From an uncultured Anaerolineales bacterium (GTDB lineage: Bacteria > Chloroflexota > Anaerolineae > CG2-30-64-16), in assembly GCA_964474695.1 (NCBI GenBank), contig CAYYTK010000002.1, positions 43,898-107,897 on the forward strand: a stretch of 64,000 nucleotides of DNA, written 5' to 3'. Below the pieces are notes generated by a model, which did no database searches, had not been told where the DNA came from, and saw nothing but the letters and a program-made list of their open reading frames with translations. This document shows, piece after piece, positions 8,196 to 17,716 of the stretch. Each line of letters starts with the position of its first letter. Position 1 is the first letter of the stretch. The translations under genes and the position numbers were made by a program.

Positions 8196-8666
8196 ATGAA
8201 GACCATCCTCTTTGTCTGCACCGGGAACATCTGTCGCTCGCCCATGGCCGCGGGCATCATGCGCCAGCGCATCGCCGCCCTGGGATTGACCGACCAGATC
8301 CAGGTTCTATCGGCCGGGGTTTGGGCCGAAAACGGGCACGAAGCCAGTCAAAACGCCCGCATCGTCCTGGAGCAGCGCGGCATCAGCCTGAATGACCATC
8401 AATCACAGAACGTCACACCCACACTCCTGAGCCAGGCTTCGATCGTCCTGGTAATGGAAGAGGCGCATCGCCGGTCACTCTTCTATCTCGCACCGCAGCA
8501 CCTGAGCAAGGTGTTTCTGCTGACCGAAATGGCGGGGGGGCATGAGGATGTGGCCGATCCATTCGGCGGTCCCCTTCAGGGCTATGCCGAGACGGCCAAC
8601 TTGCTGGAGAACCTGATCGACGCGGGATTGCCCACTACCCTGCGGCATCTCCGGTTGAAGAGCTAG
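8196..8666 (+). CDS. Low-molecular-weight protein tyrosine phosphatase
   Basis: Active-site P-loop CTGNICRSPMA at the N-terminus and a DP motif (VADPFGG) near the C-terminus. Confidence 0.9.
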   Translation: MKTILFVCTGNICRSPMAAGIMRQRIAALGLTDQIQVLSAGVWAENGHEASQNARIVLEQRGISLNDHQSQNVTPTLLSQASIVLVMEEAHRRSLFYLAPQHLSKVFLLTEMAGGHEDVADPFGGPLQGYAETANLLENLIDAGLPTTLRHLRLKS

Positions 8667-8679
8667 AACCGCGTCGCGG

Positions 8680-9486
8680 TTACGCGCGTTTGAGCAGATA
8701 CCAGTGCGGCACGAACCCGTAGTAATAACCGAGCAGCGCTGCCAGTTTGAGACCAACCCATCCATCACGATACCCACGTAGCTGCACGAAGCGACGCCAG
8801 AACTCGCGCAAGGGATGACGGATGAACTTGTGAGGCCACGGTTTGATCCCGCGCTGGCGTAAGATCGCGCCCTCTAGCTTCGCATAACGCCGCTGTTTGG
8901 CATGAAATTGCGCCCAGTCGTCATAGTTGTAGTGAATCATGACGTTCTGCAAGTTGCCCGACGGACCATCGAGCAGAACAACTTCATGAACCAGCCGCTC
9001 CGGATCGTAGCGCGCCCGATCGCGGCGCATGAGCCGGAGCTGGTAATCCGGATAGAAGCCCCCGTGACGAACCTCATGGCCGGCAATGAAGTTACGCCGA
9101 GGCACCCACCATCCCACTTCCGGCCGCGCGGCAATTACCTCCCGCAGCTCAGAGGCAAGCTCGGCCGGAATCCGCTCATCAGCATCCACAAAGAGGATCC
9201 ACTCCGCATCCACCGCGGCCATGGCCGCATTGCGCTGGCCGGCAAAGTTATCAAAGGGGCGTTGGATCACGGTCGCACCCGCTGCAACCGCAAGCTCGAC
9301 CGTGCCATCAGTGCTGTAGGAGTCGGAAACGACGATCTGATCAGCGAAACCCAGCGTCGCCAGGCAATCGCTGATGTGCCTGGCCTCGTTGCGGGTCAGA
9401 ATCACCGCAGCAAGGCGCACCGGACGGGATGAGTCTATCATTTGAGTCATCGGGTCGTAAGTATCAAGCCCCATGTGAAGTGTCAT
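8680..9486 (-). CDS. Glycosyltransferase family 2
   Basis: AAVILTRNEARHI...VVSDSYSTDGT...FVDADE is a GT-A fold with a DxD. Its ATG overlaps the upstream gene's stop by 4 nt (ATGA), suggesting translational coupling. Confidence 0.8.
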   Translation of the reverse strand: MTLHMGLDTYDPMTQMIDSSRPVRLAAVILTRNEARHISDCLATLGFADQIVVSDSYSTDGTVELAVAAGATVIQRPFDNFAGQRNAAMAAVDAEWILFVDADERIPAELASELREVIAARPEVGWWVPRRNFIAGHEVRHGGFYPDYQLRLMRRDRARYDPERLVHEVVLLDGPSGNLQNVMIHYNYDDWAQFHAKQRRYAKLEGAILRQRGIKPWPHKFIRHPLREFWRRFVQLRGYRDGWVGLKLAALLGYYYGFVPHWYLLKRA

Positions 9487-10568
9487 CCTCTGAAAAGACG
9501 CCCTGTCGCTTGAGCCGCCTCAACTCGCGCGGCCGCTTCGTGGGCCGTCATCTCACCCCGACGCGCTGCATCCCGCACGCGCGCAATCTCCGCCCGCATC
9601 CCCAACCGCACAATCCATGCGGCCAGGCGCCGCCGAAGGGGGCCATAAAAACGCTCATAAAGCCGGCGCCGGCTCTGCCACAAGTTTTCGAACGATAGCG
9701 CTCGAAACTGCCGCGTGCTGGCGCCGCCATGATGGATCACACGCGCTGCCGGCACACACCACAACGGCCATCCCGCCTGCTTCATGCGCCAGCACCAATC
9801 CACCTCTTCGGCGTACATGAAGTAACCTTCATCCAACAAGCCGGCCGCTTGAATCGACTCACGGCGCACCATCAACGCCGCGCCCAGGGCAAAGCCGATG
9901 GGAAAGGGTTGCCCGGCCGCATATAGATGCAGTCCGTAGCGACCGTTGAGCCGTGAATCCAGCAATCGCCGCGGTCGGGGGGGAAACAGATCAAACCAAA
10001 GCTGAAGCAGCCCCGGAAACGCGAACGCGCCGTGCTGAAAACGCCCATCGGGATACTGAAGCTGCGCGCCCGCGCCACCGACCTCAGTGTGCGCCAACAA
10101 AAAGCGCGCCATCTGCCCGATCGCGTCTCCGATCGGTTCGGCATCCGGGTTTAGCAGCAGGACCAAGTCCGGAAGGGCAGAAGATTGCGTGGTGCGTGGT
10201 GCGTGATGCGTGGTGCGTGGTGCGTCAGTCGCTGATTCGTCAACCGCCGTCTCGCCCTTTCTCCCATTCTCCCCTTCTCTCGCTACTCCGCTCTCCTCAA
10301 ATCCCAGCTCGCGCAGCACGCGATTGTTTCCGCCGGCAAAGCCCAAATTTCCGGGGCTGGCGATCAGGCGCGCCTGGGGAAACTCGGCCGCCACCAATTC
10401 GGCGCTGCCATCAGCAGAGGCGTTGTCGACCACCCATACGGTCGCGTCCAACTCAGGGCTGTGCGCCAGGCTGGCATAAGTTGCGGTCAGGCAGGCGCGC
10501 AGCAACTCGGGCACCTTGTAACTCACCACGATAATCGCAACCGCCGGCCGGTCCGTTGACATCCCCAC
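9483..10568 (-). CDS. Glycosyltransferase family 2 (rhamnosyltransferase-like) carrying an in-frame repeat insertion
   Basis: VAIIVVSYKVPELL...VVDNASADGS...LLNPDAEP...DEGYFMYAEEVDWCWR. Between the conserved blocks sits the low-complexity segment EESGVAREGENGRKGETAVDESATDAPRTTHHAPRTTQSSA, encoded by the heptamer array at 10184-10225 plus a polypurine tract. Confidence 0.85.
   Translation of the reverse strand: MGMSTDRPAVAIIVVSYKVPELLRACLTATYASLAHSPELDATVWVVDNASADGSAELVAAEFPQARLIASPGNLGFAGGNNRVLRELGFEESGVAREGENGRKGETAVDESATDAPRTTHHAPRTTQSSALPDLVLLLNPDAEPIGDAIGQMARFLLAHTEVGGAGAQLQYPDGRFQHGAFAFPGLLQLWFDLFPPRPRRLLDSRLNGRYGLHLYAAGQPFPIGFALGAALMVRRESIQAAGLLDEGYFMYAEEVDWCWRMKQAGWPLWCVPAARVIHHGGASTRQFRALSFENLWQSRRRLYERFYGPLRRRLAAWIVRLGMRAEIARVRDAARRGEMTAHEAAARVEAAQATGRLFRG
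10184..10225. repeat. Tandem heptanucleotide array (NNTGCGT x6) inside the GT2 gene
   Basis: The plus strand reads ATTGCGT GGTGCGT GGTGCGT GATGCGT GGTGCGT GGTGCGT. That is 42 nt and in frame, translated on the minus strand as APRTTHHAPRTT. The 19-mer GGTGCGTGGTGCGTCAGTC (10212-10230) recurs identically at 55075-55093. Confidence 0.9.
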
Positions 10569-10636
10569 GCCCTATGACTCCTCTCGTCTGCCCTCTGCCT
10601 TACGGAGCGCGTTTCACGTTGGGGCAGAATCAAGCG

Positions 10637-10750
10637 GAGTATCCTGAGCGGAGGGCCGGAGCCCGTAGTCGAAGGATGCGGAGCGGTCGTGTAGGCCGCG
10701 TCCTTCGACTGCGCCGGTGATACCGCCCACCGGCTCCGCTCAGGATGCTC
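10637..10750. repeat. Nested palindromic element (~114 nt) in the intergenic gap between the lipoprotein gene and GT2
   Basis: The outer stem pairs 10637-10653 with 10734-10750; its core ATCCTGAGCGGAG / CTCCGCTCAGGAT is 13 perfect bp and extends to 17 bp with one G-U pair. The inner stem is GTCGAAGGATGCG (10668-10680) / CGCGTCCTTCGAC (10697-10709). Only one copy is present in this window. Confidence 0.75.
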
Positions 10751-10777
10751 GCTTGCCCCGAAATTGAACACCCTGCC

Positions 10778-12109
10778 TTACGGCGCGCCAACCACCACAC
10801 TGATGCGTTCGATGTAGTTGTTGGGAACGTCGACGAACTCATGGATCAAGCCGCCCCACCAGAACTGTGTGCCCACCGGCGGCGCCTCGTCGAACAAAAT
10901 ACAACCTGAAACCTGGCTGCGCTTGCCCGGCAACAAGTAGTACTGGAGCTTGCCGTCGATCATCCGCTCCTCCAACTCCTCGCGTGCGCCGATGGCCCAG
11001 CGGAAGGGGAAGTCCACGCCGGTGGTGTCGAAGTTTATGCCGAAGCGCCAGCCGCCGGCCTGTTGATACCACGACGGCTCGCCTTGGGCAGCCGCAAGCG
11101 CGTTGTAATTCTCACTGAATTTGAAAGTCTGGCCCGGCCACGGCCCCGCGGTGCGGATCGGGACCGGCCCGATGTTCGCTATGGTGGCGGTGAAACACAA
11201 CGTCTGGCCCAGGGGCATTGCCGCCGTCCGGTTGGTCACATCCTGCCAATGGATCTCGCCTCCCACCACCTCGGCGCGCGGCTTGCCCCCTTCCCGGATA
11301 GTCAACGTGGAGGAGACAACAACACGATTGCCCACCTTATCCTCGGCCACACCGTAGATCACGTAGTCGCCATCAGGCGGCGGCTCGGCGTTGAGGTCGA
11401 CGCCTCCATCATAGTCGTAACCGTGATAGCCGGCCTCGCCCACCACCGCGGTTGTGCTGGTCGGATCTTCGGCAATGGGATATTTCAACATCGGTTGGCC
11501 CGGTTCGGTGGTTGCCGGCTCCAGATACACCTGCACCCGTTCGGCCTTCTTAGTCAGATAGTAGGAAATGGACACCCGGTCATGGATCGAATCCTGGTTC
11601 GGGGTGAAGTCCTGGGGCACCACCGTAAAATTGTACATCTCGGGCAGGGCTGTGTCCGCGTCGTGCAGGGTGATCTGGCCTTCGGCTTTCTGGCTGCGCC
11701 CGCCGTCATCCACAGCCTCAACCACCCAGGTGTAAACGCCATCGGGCAGCACCTGACTCTCGACCAGCAACGCACCGCCATCGGTCTGGCGCACCTGGGG
11801 ATCGTTGATGACGCCACCCCAATAGACGTTGTAACTGCCGGGGGAGCGCCGCTCTGCCTGGCGGAAATAGAAGCGCTGCCCTGCCGCGTCGATCAAGTAG
11901 ATCGACACGTTCGCCGCACGACCGATACGGTAGCGGATCAATGTAACGTCGTCCTGACCATCGGCATTGGGGCTGATCACGTCCGGCGCCATGGTTACCT
12001 CGGTCAACAGCGGCCGCAAGGAACAACCGGTCAACCCAATTGATGCGATCAGCAGGATAGCTATGACAAGCCAAAGGGAGCTCAGTCGCACAAGAGACCT
12101 CCAAGACAA
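10778..12109 (-). CDS. Lipoprotein with two FlgD-Ig-like domains
   Basis: Signal peptide with lipobox (LLIASIGLTGCS). ISPNADGQDDVTLIRYRI...YNVYWGG...DGVYTWVVEAVDDGG and a second FTPNQDSIHDRVSISYYL segment match the FlgD-Ig-like pattern. Confidence 0.7.
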   Translation of the reverse strand: MSWRSLVRLSSLWLVIAILLIASIGLTGCSLRPLLTEVTMAPDVISPNADGQDDVTLIRYRIGRAANVSIYLIDAAGQRFYFRQAERRSPGSYNVYWGGVINDPQVRQTDGGALLVESQVLPDGVYTWVVEAVDDGGRSQKAEGQITLHDADTALPEMYNFTVVPQDFTPNQDSIHDRVSISYYLTKKAERVQVYLEPATTEPGQPMLKYPIAEDPTSTTAVVGEAGYHGYDYDGGVDLNAEPPPDGDYVIYGVAEDKVGNRVVVSSTLTIREGGKPRAEVVGGEIHWQDVTNRTAAMPLGQTLCFTATIANIGPVPIRTAGPWPGQTFKFSENYNALAAAQGEPSWYQQAGGWRFGINFDTTGVDFPFRWAIGAREELEERMIDGKLQYYLLPGKRSQVSGCILFDEAPPVGTQFWWGGLIHEFVDVPNNYIERISVVVGAP

Positions 12110-12174
12110 TCAAACGAACTTAGGACACAGTCTAATCGATGGGCAATCTGACGTCAAGGCCAACGCCCGGCCTG

Positions 12175-14274
12175 CTACTCAGGGCCTATCTTCGGCGCCA
12201 ACTTCACCGGTCCCAGGCGCGCCCGCTTGCCCGCCGGGTTATCGGCGATATCGCGGATGTCCAGGCCCGAGGGCTCGGCAACATCATAGACCGTCAGAGT
12301 CACGTAGTAATCACCTGCCGGCGCACCGGAGGGCAGCGACAACGGATAGCGCCCGAAAAGGCTTTGGCCGGGCTGCCAGCGGGTTGTGGGATACTTGTAG
12401 CTCGCCGGTCGGCCATCCCATCGACCGATCTCGCTGCCCGCTGCATCTTCGAGCACTACGGATACGTAATAATCGCGTTGCAGCGTGTTCAGCACGCGCC
12501 AATAGACCGTGATCAGGCCGCCAACCGGATCGTCCCAGCCCAACAGCGCCAGCTTATGGTCGAAGTTGACGCCTGCCGCGTGCTGGGGCTGCGGCACAGT
12601 CTGGTAGACTGCGTCGGGGATCAGTTGCCAGTGACGCAGGCCCACCTGCCAAAACTGCCGATCGACGGGCAGCTCACGTCCGCCGCGATCCAAAAAGTAG
12701 GGGACAAAGCCGATCGGATCGACCACTTCATCTTGCCAGGTCACCAGCCAAGCGCCGCGCTTGCCAGCCAACGCCTGGGCCAGATCGGCTCCGACACCGA
12801 AGTCGAGCACGGCGTTCACATCCAGGATTTCCGTCTGAGGCAGGCGCGTCGCGGGTATGTCTGCCGCGTAGTAGTCCCAGGCCGGATAGGCATGGCCGGA
12901 CACCAGCAGCACGGCTTCATCCGGCCCTCGCTTCTGGTGTACAAAAGCAGCCAACTCGCGCCATTGGGCCTTGGTGAAAGCGGCATCAGTGAACCAGTTG
13001 CAGATGCTAATCCAGCCCGTCACGATCAGAAAGCCCGCGAGAACCAGAGCCAGCGCGAGGCGTGCTGCGTACTGCGTATTGCGTATTACATGGTGCGTGG
13101 TGCGTGGTGCGTGGCCCGCCAGATCCTCTGCTCCACCGCTGATTCTGCTGCCCAATGCGGCGATCCCACCAGCCAATATCAGCAGATAGGCGGGAGAGGC
13201 CAGCATCAAGTAGCGCGAATTGAACTTCGGCGTGCGAAAAGCCAAAAACAGGACACACAACACAGGCGCCAGCAGGCAGGTCAGCAGGTAGGTCAGAGAA
13301 CAAAGGCCGTTGCCTGCACCGTGCCATTTGCTTGAAAGCACAAGGGCGACCACGGCTGAAATGAACACCAGGCCAAACCAGGGAAGCAGCCGGACCGCTT
13401 CAGCCTCCAGCATCATCTCAGGCGCGGCTGCCGCATAACTGACGGCCACATGCCGCAGCGCCTCGGCCAGCTTCAGGCGGCCCTGCCAATACGACACATC
13501 CACGCGGTAGCGGTTGAGCATCGAGGGCAGCCAGGGCAAGTAGCAGAGCACAATCGCCGCAGTGGACAAGGCGAACGCGGCCAACGACGTTACCCTCGCC
13601 AGAGAAGGCGGCCGCCTGCCCCAGACCAGCCATCCAACCCAACAGATGCCATATGCCAGCAGGAGAAAGACGCCAAAATAATGAGTGTAGAGCATCGCCA
13701 CGGCCGCGAGGACAAAGGCGATCCACCATCTTGCGGACCAAAGACGAAGGCGGAACGATGAAAGCCGGCCATCATGATCTGACCTGCGCACGTCGGCGGC
13801 GGCCGTTCGCAACAGCGCATACCCTGCCAGGGCGCTGAAAAACGTCAACTGCGTGTACATGCGTGCTTCTTGGGCGTAATACACGTACAGCGGGTAGACC
13901 GCAGACAGCAACGCAGCACACGCTGCCGCATGGCGCCCGAAGTAAGACTTACCGAACAACCGTCGGGCCGCCGCCCACAGGAGCGCCACCGTCAGGGCCC
14001 CAAAAAACACCGACGGAAAGCGCAAAGCCCACTCACCCCGGCCCACCAGCCGCGTCCATCCCCCAACGACATAATAGAACAGCGGCGGCTGGATATCCTC
14101 AGCGGTCCAGCGCGTCAGCTCGCTGATCCCCTGGCCGGCGACTTGTGCAGTAACTGCCTCGTCGTACCACAGGCTCTGAGTATCCAAATGATAGACGCGC
14201 AACCCCAGGGCCAGCAGCAGCACCGCTGCCAGTCCAACACGAGAGAGCGCGACCCCTCCAAATCCTGTCTTCAT
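12175..14274 (-). CDS. Glycosyltransferase family 39 (PMT/ArnT-like, GT-C) with C-terminal beta-sandwich module and an in-frame repeat insertion
   Basis: The N-terminal loop motif YHLDTQSLWYDEAVT (DE motif) is followed by more than 10 hydrophobic segments. The extracytoplasmic C-terminus (LLGWDD...ITVYWRVL...YPTTRWQPGQ...AGDYYVTLTVYD) resembles that of the neighbouring DUF2079-like protein. One loop contains GHAPRTTHHVIRNTQYAA, encoded by the heptamers at 13064-13112. Confidence 0.8.
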   Translation of the reverse strand: MKTGFGGVALSRVGLAAVLLLALGLRVYHLDTQSLWYDEAVTAQVAGQGISELTRWTAEDIQPPLFYYVVGGWTRLVGRGEWALRFPSVFFGALTVALLWAAARRLFGKSYFGRHAAACAALLSAVYPLYVYYAQEARMYTQLTFFSALAGYALLRTAAADVRRSDHDGRLSSFRLRLWSARWWIAFVLAAVAMLYTHYFGVFLLLAYGICWVGWLVWGRRPPSLARVTSLAAFALSTAAIVLCYLPWLPSMLNRYRVDVSYWQGRLKLAEALRHVAVSYAAAAPEMMLEAEAVRLLPWFGLVFISAVVALVLSSKWHGAGNGLCSLTYLLTCLLAPVLCVLFLAFRTPKFNSRYLMLASPAYLLILAGGIAALGSRISGGAEDLAGHAPRTTHHVIRNTQYAARLALALVLAGFLIVTGWISICNWFTDAAFTKAQWRELAAFVHQKRGPDEAVLLVSGHAYPAWDYYAADIPATRLPQTEILDVNAVLDFGVGADLAQALAGKRGAWLVTWQDEVVDPIGFVPYFLDRGGRELPVDRQFWQVGLRHWQLIPDAVYQTVPQPQHAAGVNFDHKLALLGWDDPVGGLITVYWRVLNTLQRDYYVSVVLEDAAGSEIGRWDGRPASYKYPTTRWQPGQSLFGRYPLSLPSGAPAGDYYVTLTVYDVAEPSGLDIRDIADNPAGKRARLGPVKLAPKIGPE
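13064..13112. repeat. Tandem heptanucleotide array (x7) inside the GT39 gene
   Basis: The plus strand reads GCTGCGT ACTGCGT ATTGCGT ATTACAT GGTGCGT GGTGCGT GGTGCGT. Confidence 0.9.
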
Positions 14275-14301
14275 GGTTGATTCACGACCGGAGATGCTTC
14301 C

Positions 14302-16866
14302 TCACTCCAGGGCTATGCAGCTCTCCGGCAGCGCCTTACACGCCAGATCGGGCTGCGGCGCAGCATCCGCAGCGATCGTTATCGATCCGAGGACGTACTC
14401 CTCTCCGCTCCGGTTCCCAAGGGCCAACCGTACACCGGTCTGCCAGTTGTACCAGCCCACAATCACGTCATAACGGCCGGCGGCCAGGTCGCCCGGGATC
14501 GCGACCACGTTTGCGGTCCAATGCCCGCCTGCCTCATCAGCGGTCGCCTGCCAACGCGAAACCGGTCGCGGCACAAACCACGTAGGCCCGGCATCCCCCA
14601 TCGCCACCGTACGGCCGGCGCCATCACGCAGATGCAGGAATACTGAGTAGTCCTGGCCCGCGGGGCCGGCCGTACGCCAGTGCAAAGCCACCGGCAGCGC
14701 ATGTCCGGGTGCAACCGCCGGCGGCGCAGCCCACTCGACTAATTGCACCGTCCACGCGCCATCGGTGAACTGCGCTTCGACCTCCCTGGCAGGGTCGGGC
14801 GCGCCGGTCAGCGGCGCGAGAGCGCCCTTGCGACGCACCCACGAGGGCAACCGCAGCCAACCATCAGGCGCGATCTCCACGTCCCGACCGGCCGCCCCAG
14901 ATCCGATCTCCGGCCACAAGACGCCATCCCCGGTCATCGCGTTGAGCACGGGAGCCCATGCTTTCGGCAAAAACCACGCCGTGCTCTCGGTCACCACGGT
15001 CTCGCCCGGCTGCCAACGCTCCGGCGGATACCAGAGCAGCGCCGGCATGGGTCGCAGGGCGGCATCGTCCGCCACTTCGCCTGTGGGCGTCAAAACCTGG
15101 AAGCCCAATGTCGTGCCCGGCGCCAATGGTTGGTCGGCCTGCCAATAGAACCTGAGGCTTGTCAATCGCCACTTTGGGTTGTCGACGATGTCATAGCCTA
15201 CCAGCCTGAGCTGGCTGCCGAACCTAACATCCAGCGGGTATTGTGGCGCCTGCTGAGCACGCGCGAAGCTGTAGAAAGCGTCCGGCAATTCTGTTGCGAA
15301 AGCAGCCGCCCCACGCGCCAGGAGTACGTAGCCATCCGCAGCATCCACCACACCAAACTCGCCGGACGCGAGAAGTCCCTCCAGACCGGCCTTGACATCA
15401 CTGGGGTGCATGTCCGTGGTGCCCGCTACATCCACCAAAACGTAGTCGGCGTGCGCGGTCACGGGGAACAGATAGATATACTGGCGGTGCGTAAAGTGCG
15501 GATAGAGGGCCGGCGTGGTGCTCAGCGGCGCCGCAGGCGGGATCTGCGCGCTGAAACGTGCCAGCAAACGCTCGTGTGCCGTCACCGGGGGCCATCCGTG
15601 CGTCGGACCGCGCCGGAACTCGCCACCCATCGGCGTGAAACCCTCGGCCACCTGGTAGAGGAGCGCACAGGCCAGCACCAGGCACAGCACCGATGCAGGC
15701 AGAATACGGCTCCGGGGGAGGGCCCAGCCCTGGCTGCGCCTCTTGGGCAGCAGACGGGCCGCGCCGATCGCCCCGGCTGCCACAAATAAGGGCACGAGCG
15801 GGGCGGAGTAATGGAGTTCTCCCGAATACTGCATCACGTACGAGCTGAGCAGATTGGCCAAGAGCAGAGGACTGGCAACCAACAACGGCTCAGGGCCGAG
15901 CAGGGCCAGCCCGGCGGTAGGGATCAGCAGGCCCAGGAGATAGCCGGCCCGCAACGGCTCCGCTGCGATACGCAACACCGTCACCGGCTTAGTCACCAGC
16001 GACACCAACACATCACCGAAAGAATCGCCCAAGGCGCCATAGCGCGCCGCGTAGGGCGTCTGGTCCAGCATGTAGGTTACTGCAGCAAAGTGAGGAATAA
16101 CAACGAACGTAGTTATGTAAAACCAAATCAGGCCGGCCAAGAAGATGCCGGCGCCGACTGCAACGCCGGGAGTGCGCGGAGAAACCCGATTACGTCGCGC
16201 ACCGGCATAACTCACGATCGCGGCATAAGCGCCCAGGCCCGCGCCCAGCAGCGCCGCGCCCTCTTGGACCGCCATCACCAGCAGGGACCACAGGATGAAC
16301 CAGCCCCAACGTTTTCGCTCACATGTCCACAGCGCGGCGGCGATCAGTGGCGCAGCGAATGGCATCGCATGGAACTCCGCGACGGCAGCCGCTTGCAGTT
16401 GTGGGGACAACAGGTAGGCGGCAGCGAACACCATCCCACCCCACTCTGCCATCTCACCCAGTCCCGCATCCGCCAGCTTCTTCCGGGCGAGGAGAAAAAT
16501 GGGCCACGCGCCGGCCGCAAGAGCGATCGCTTGCAGTATCAACAGCGCCCGCACGTCATCCCACAACCAGAAAACCGGTGAGATCACCGCGAAGATGGGT
16601 TCCACATGGTCGGTCAAACGCGTCAGGAGCTGATCCTTTCTGATCTCCTGGACAAAGCGACCGTGCGCCGTATTCCAGATGGCCTGGTCCATCTGTCCCA
16701 GGTCGGATTTGTGCGTCAGTTGGGCGTCGTGTTGGCGGATGCTGTAAGCCGAGAACCAAGCGGCGAACAGCACCATCAACCCAACCACGATCAAGCCCGC
16801 AGCGCGACGAGCAGGTAAATCCGATGTCCAACGGGAAGGGGCAACAGCAGTCACGATTCTTTTCAC
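14302..16866 (-). CDS. Large polytopic membrane protein, DUF2079-like, with two C-terminal beta-sandwich modules
   Basis: The N-terminus has SDLGQMDQAIWNTAHGRF (a DUF2079-type motif as I recall it) followed by many TM segments. The C-terminal ~380 aa contain two copies of the L.GY...YW......P..RWQPGE..... pattern. Confidence 0.7.
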   Translation of the reverse strand: MKRIVTAVAPSRWTSDLPARRAAGLIVVGLMVLFAAWFSAYSIRQHDAQLTHKSDLGQMDQAIWNTAHGRFVQEIRKDQLLTRLTDHVEPIFAVISPVFWLWDDVRALLILQAIALAAGAWPIFLLARKKLADAGLGEMAEWGGMVFAAAYLLSPQLQAAAVAEFHAMPFAAPLIAAALWTCERKRWGWFILWSLLVMAVQEGAALLGAGLGAYAAIVSYAGARRNRVSPRTPGVAVGAGIFLAGLIWFYITTFVVIPHFAAVTYMLDQTPYAARYGALGDSFGDVLVSLVTKPVTVLRIAAEPLRAGYLLGLLIPTAGLALLGPEPLLVASPLLLANLLSSYVMQYSGELHYSAPLVPLFVAAGAIGAARLLPKRRSQGWALPRSRILPASVLCLVLACALLYQVAEGFTPMGGEFRRGPTHGWPPVTAHERLLARFSAQIPPAAPLSTTPALYPHFTHRQYIYLFPVTAHADYVLVDVAGTTDMHPSDVKAGLEGLLASGEFGVVDAADGYVLLARGAAAFATELPDAFYSFARAQQAPQYPLDVRFGSQLRLVGYDIVDNPKWRLTSLRFYWQADQPLAPGTTLGFQVLTPTGEVADDAALRPMPALLWYPPERWQPGETVVTESTAWFLPKAWAPVLNAMTGDGVLWPEIGSGAAGRDVEIAPDGWLRLPSWVRRKGALAPLTGAPDPAREVEAQFTDGAWTVQLVEWAAPPAVAPGHALPVALHWRTAGPAGQDYSVFLHLRDGAGRTVAMGDAGPTWFVPRPVSRWQATADEAGGHWTANVVAIPGDLAAGRYDVIVGWYNWQTGVRLALGNRSGEEYVLGSITIAADAAPQPDLACKALPESCIALE

Positions 16867-16996
16867 TTGATGGATTTTGCGACCGATCCCAGATCGATCC
16901 GCCGCCTGATCTATTGTAAACCAAAAGACGGAATAAACGAATATCGGCGCGTGGCTGCGGGCGGGTGCAGTGATCCTGAATGATCGGTGAGTGGAA

Positions 16997-17025
16997 TTGT
17001 AGAGACGCGCAGGATCGACTATAAT
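16997..17025 (+). promoter_or_regulatory. Putative promoter for the sulfotransferase / AP-family operon
   Basis: TTGTAG (16997-17002), 17 nt, then TATAAT (17020-17025), in the divergent intergenic region. Confidence 0.45.
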
Positions 17026-17116
17026 CGTCTGTTGCCGCCGCTGGCTTTGTCAGCACAGGCGAGAGACCCCCTTGCAGGCGCCTCGACGGATGCGCAGGCC
17101 AGGATTTGAGGCAGAT

Positions 17117-17698
17117 ATGACCAGCGATTTCATTACGGTTGTCTCCGGGGTGCCGAGATCAGGGACCTCAATGATGATGCAGATGCTTGAAGCCGGCGGG
17201 ATGCAGATCCTGACCGACAGCATCCGTACGGCGAACCAGGATAACCCTCGCGGCTATTATGAGTTTGAGCCCGTCAAGGGATTGCCCAAGGGGAACTCCG
17301 ACTGGGCGCCGCTGGCCCAGGGAAAAGTCGTCAAGGTCATATCCGCCTTGCTGGAATATCTGCCCGCGAACTACGATTACAAGCTGGTGTTCATGCAGCG
17401 CAGGATCGATGAAGTGATCGCCTCGCAGCGCCGAATGCAATCACACCGGGGCGAACCGCAATCCGAAATCAGTGATGAGAAGCTGGCCGGGATGCTTGAG
17501 CGACATCTCACCAGGGTGAAAGCCTGGCTGTCTCTGCAACCTAACATCACGGCCGTTTCCATCGACTACAATCAGCTTATAACCGACCCACTCCCCCACG
17601 CATTGGCCGTCAACCACCTTGTGGGAGGGCGACTGGACGTGCAGCAGATGTGCGCTGTGGTGAACCCGACACTGTATCGAAACAGATCGCCGCAATGA
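17117..17698 (+). CDS. Sulfotransferase family protein
   Basis: The 5'-PSB (PAPS-binding) loop VSGVPRSGTSMMMQML lies at the N-terminus. I chose the start at ATG 17117; the track ORF begins 15 codons earlier. Confidence 0.75.
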   Translation: MTSDFITVVSGVPRSGTSMMMQMLEAGGMQILTDSIRTANQDNPRGYYEFEPVKGLPKGNSDWAPLAQGKVVKVISALLEYLPANYDYKLVFMQRRIDEVIASQRRMQSHRGEPQSEISDEKLAGMLERHLTRVKAWLSLQPNITAVSIDYNQLITDPLPHALAVNHLVGGRLDVQQMCAVVNPTLYRNRSPQ

Positions 17699-17716
17699 TC
17701 ATCTCCGAGGTATATC

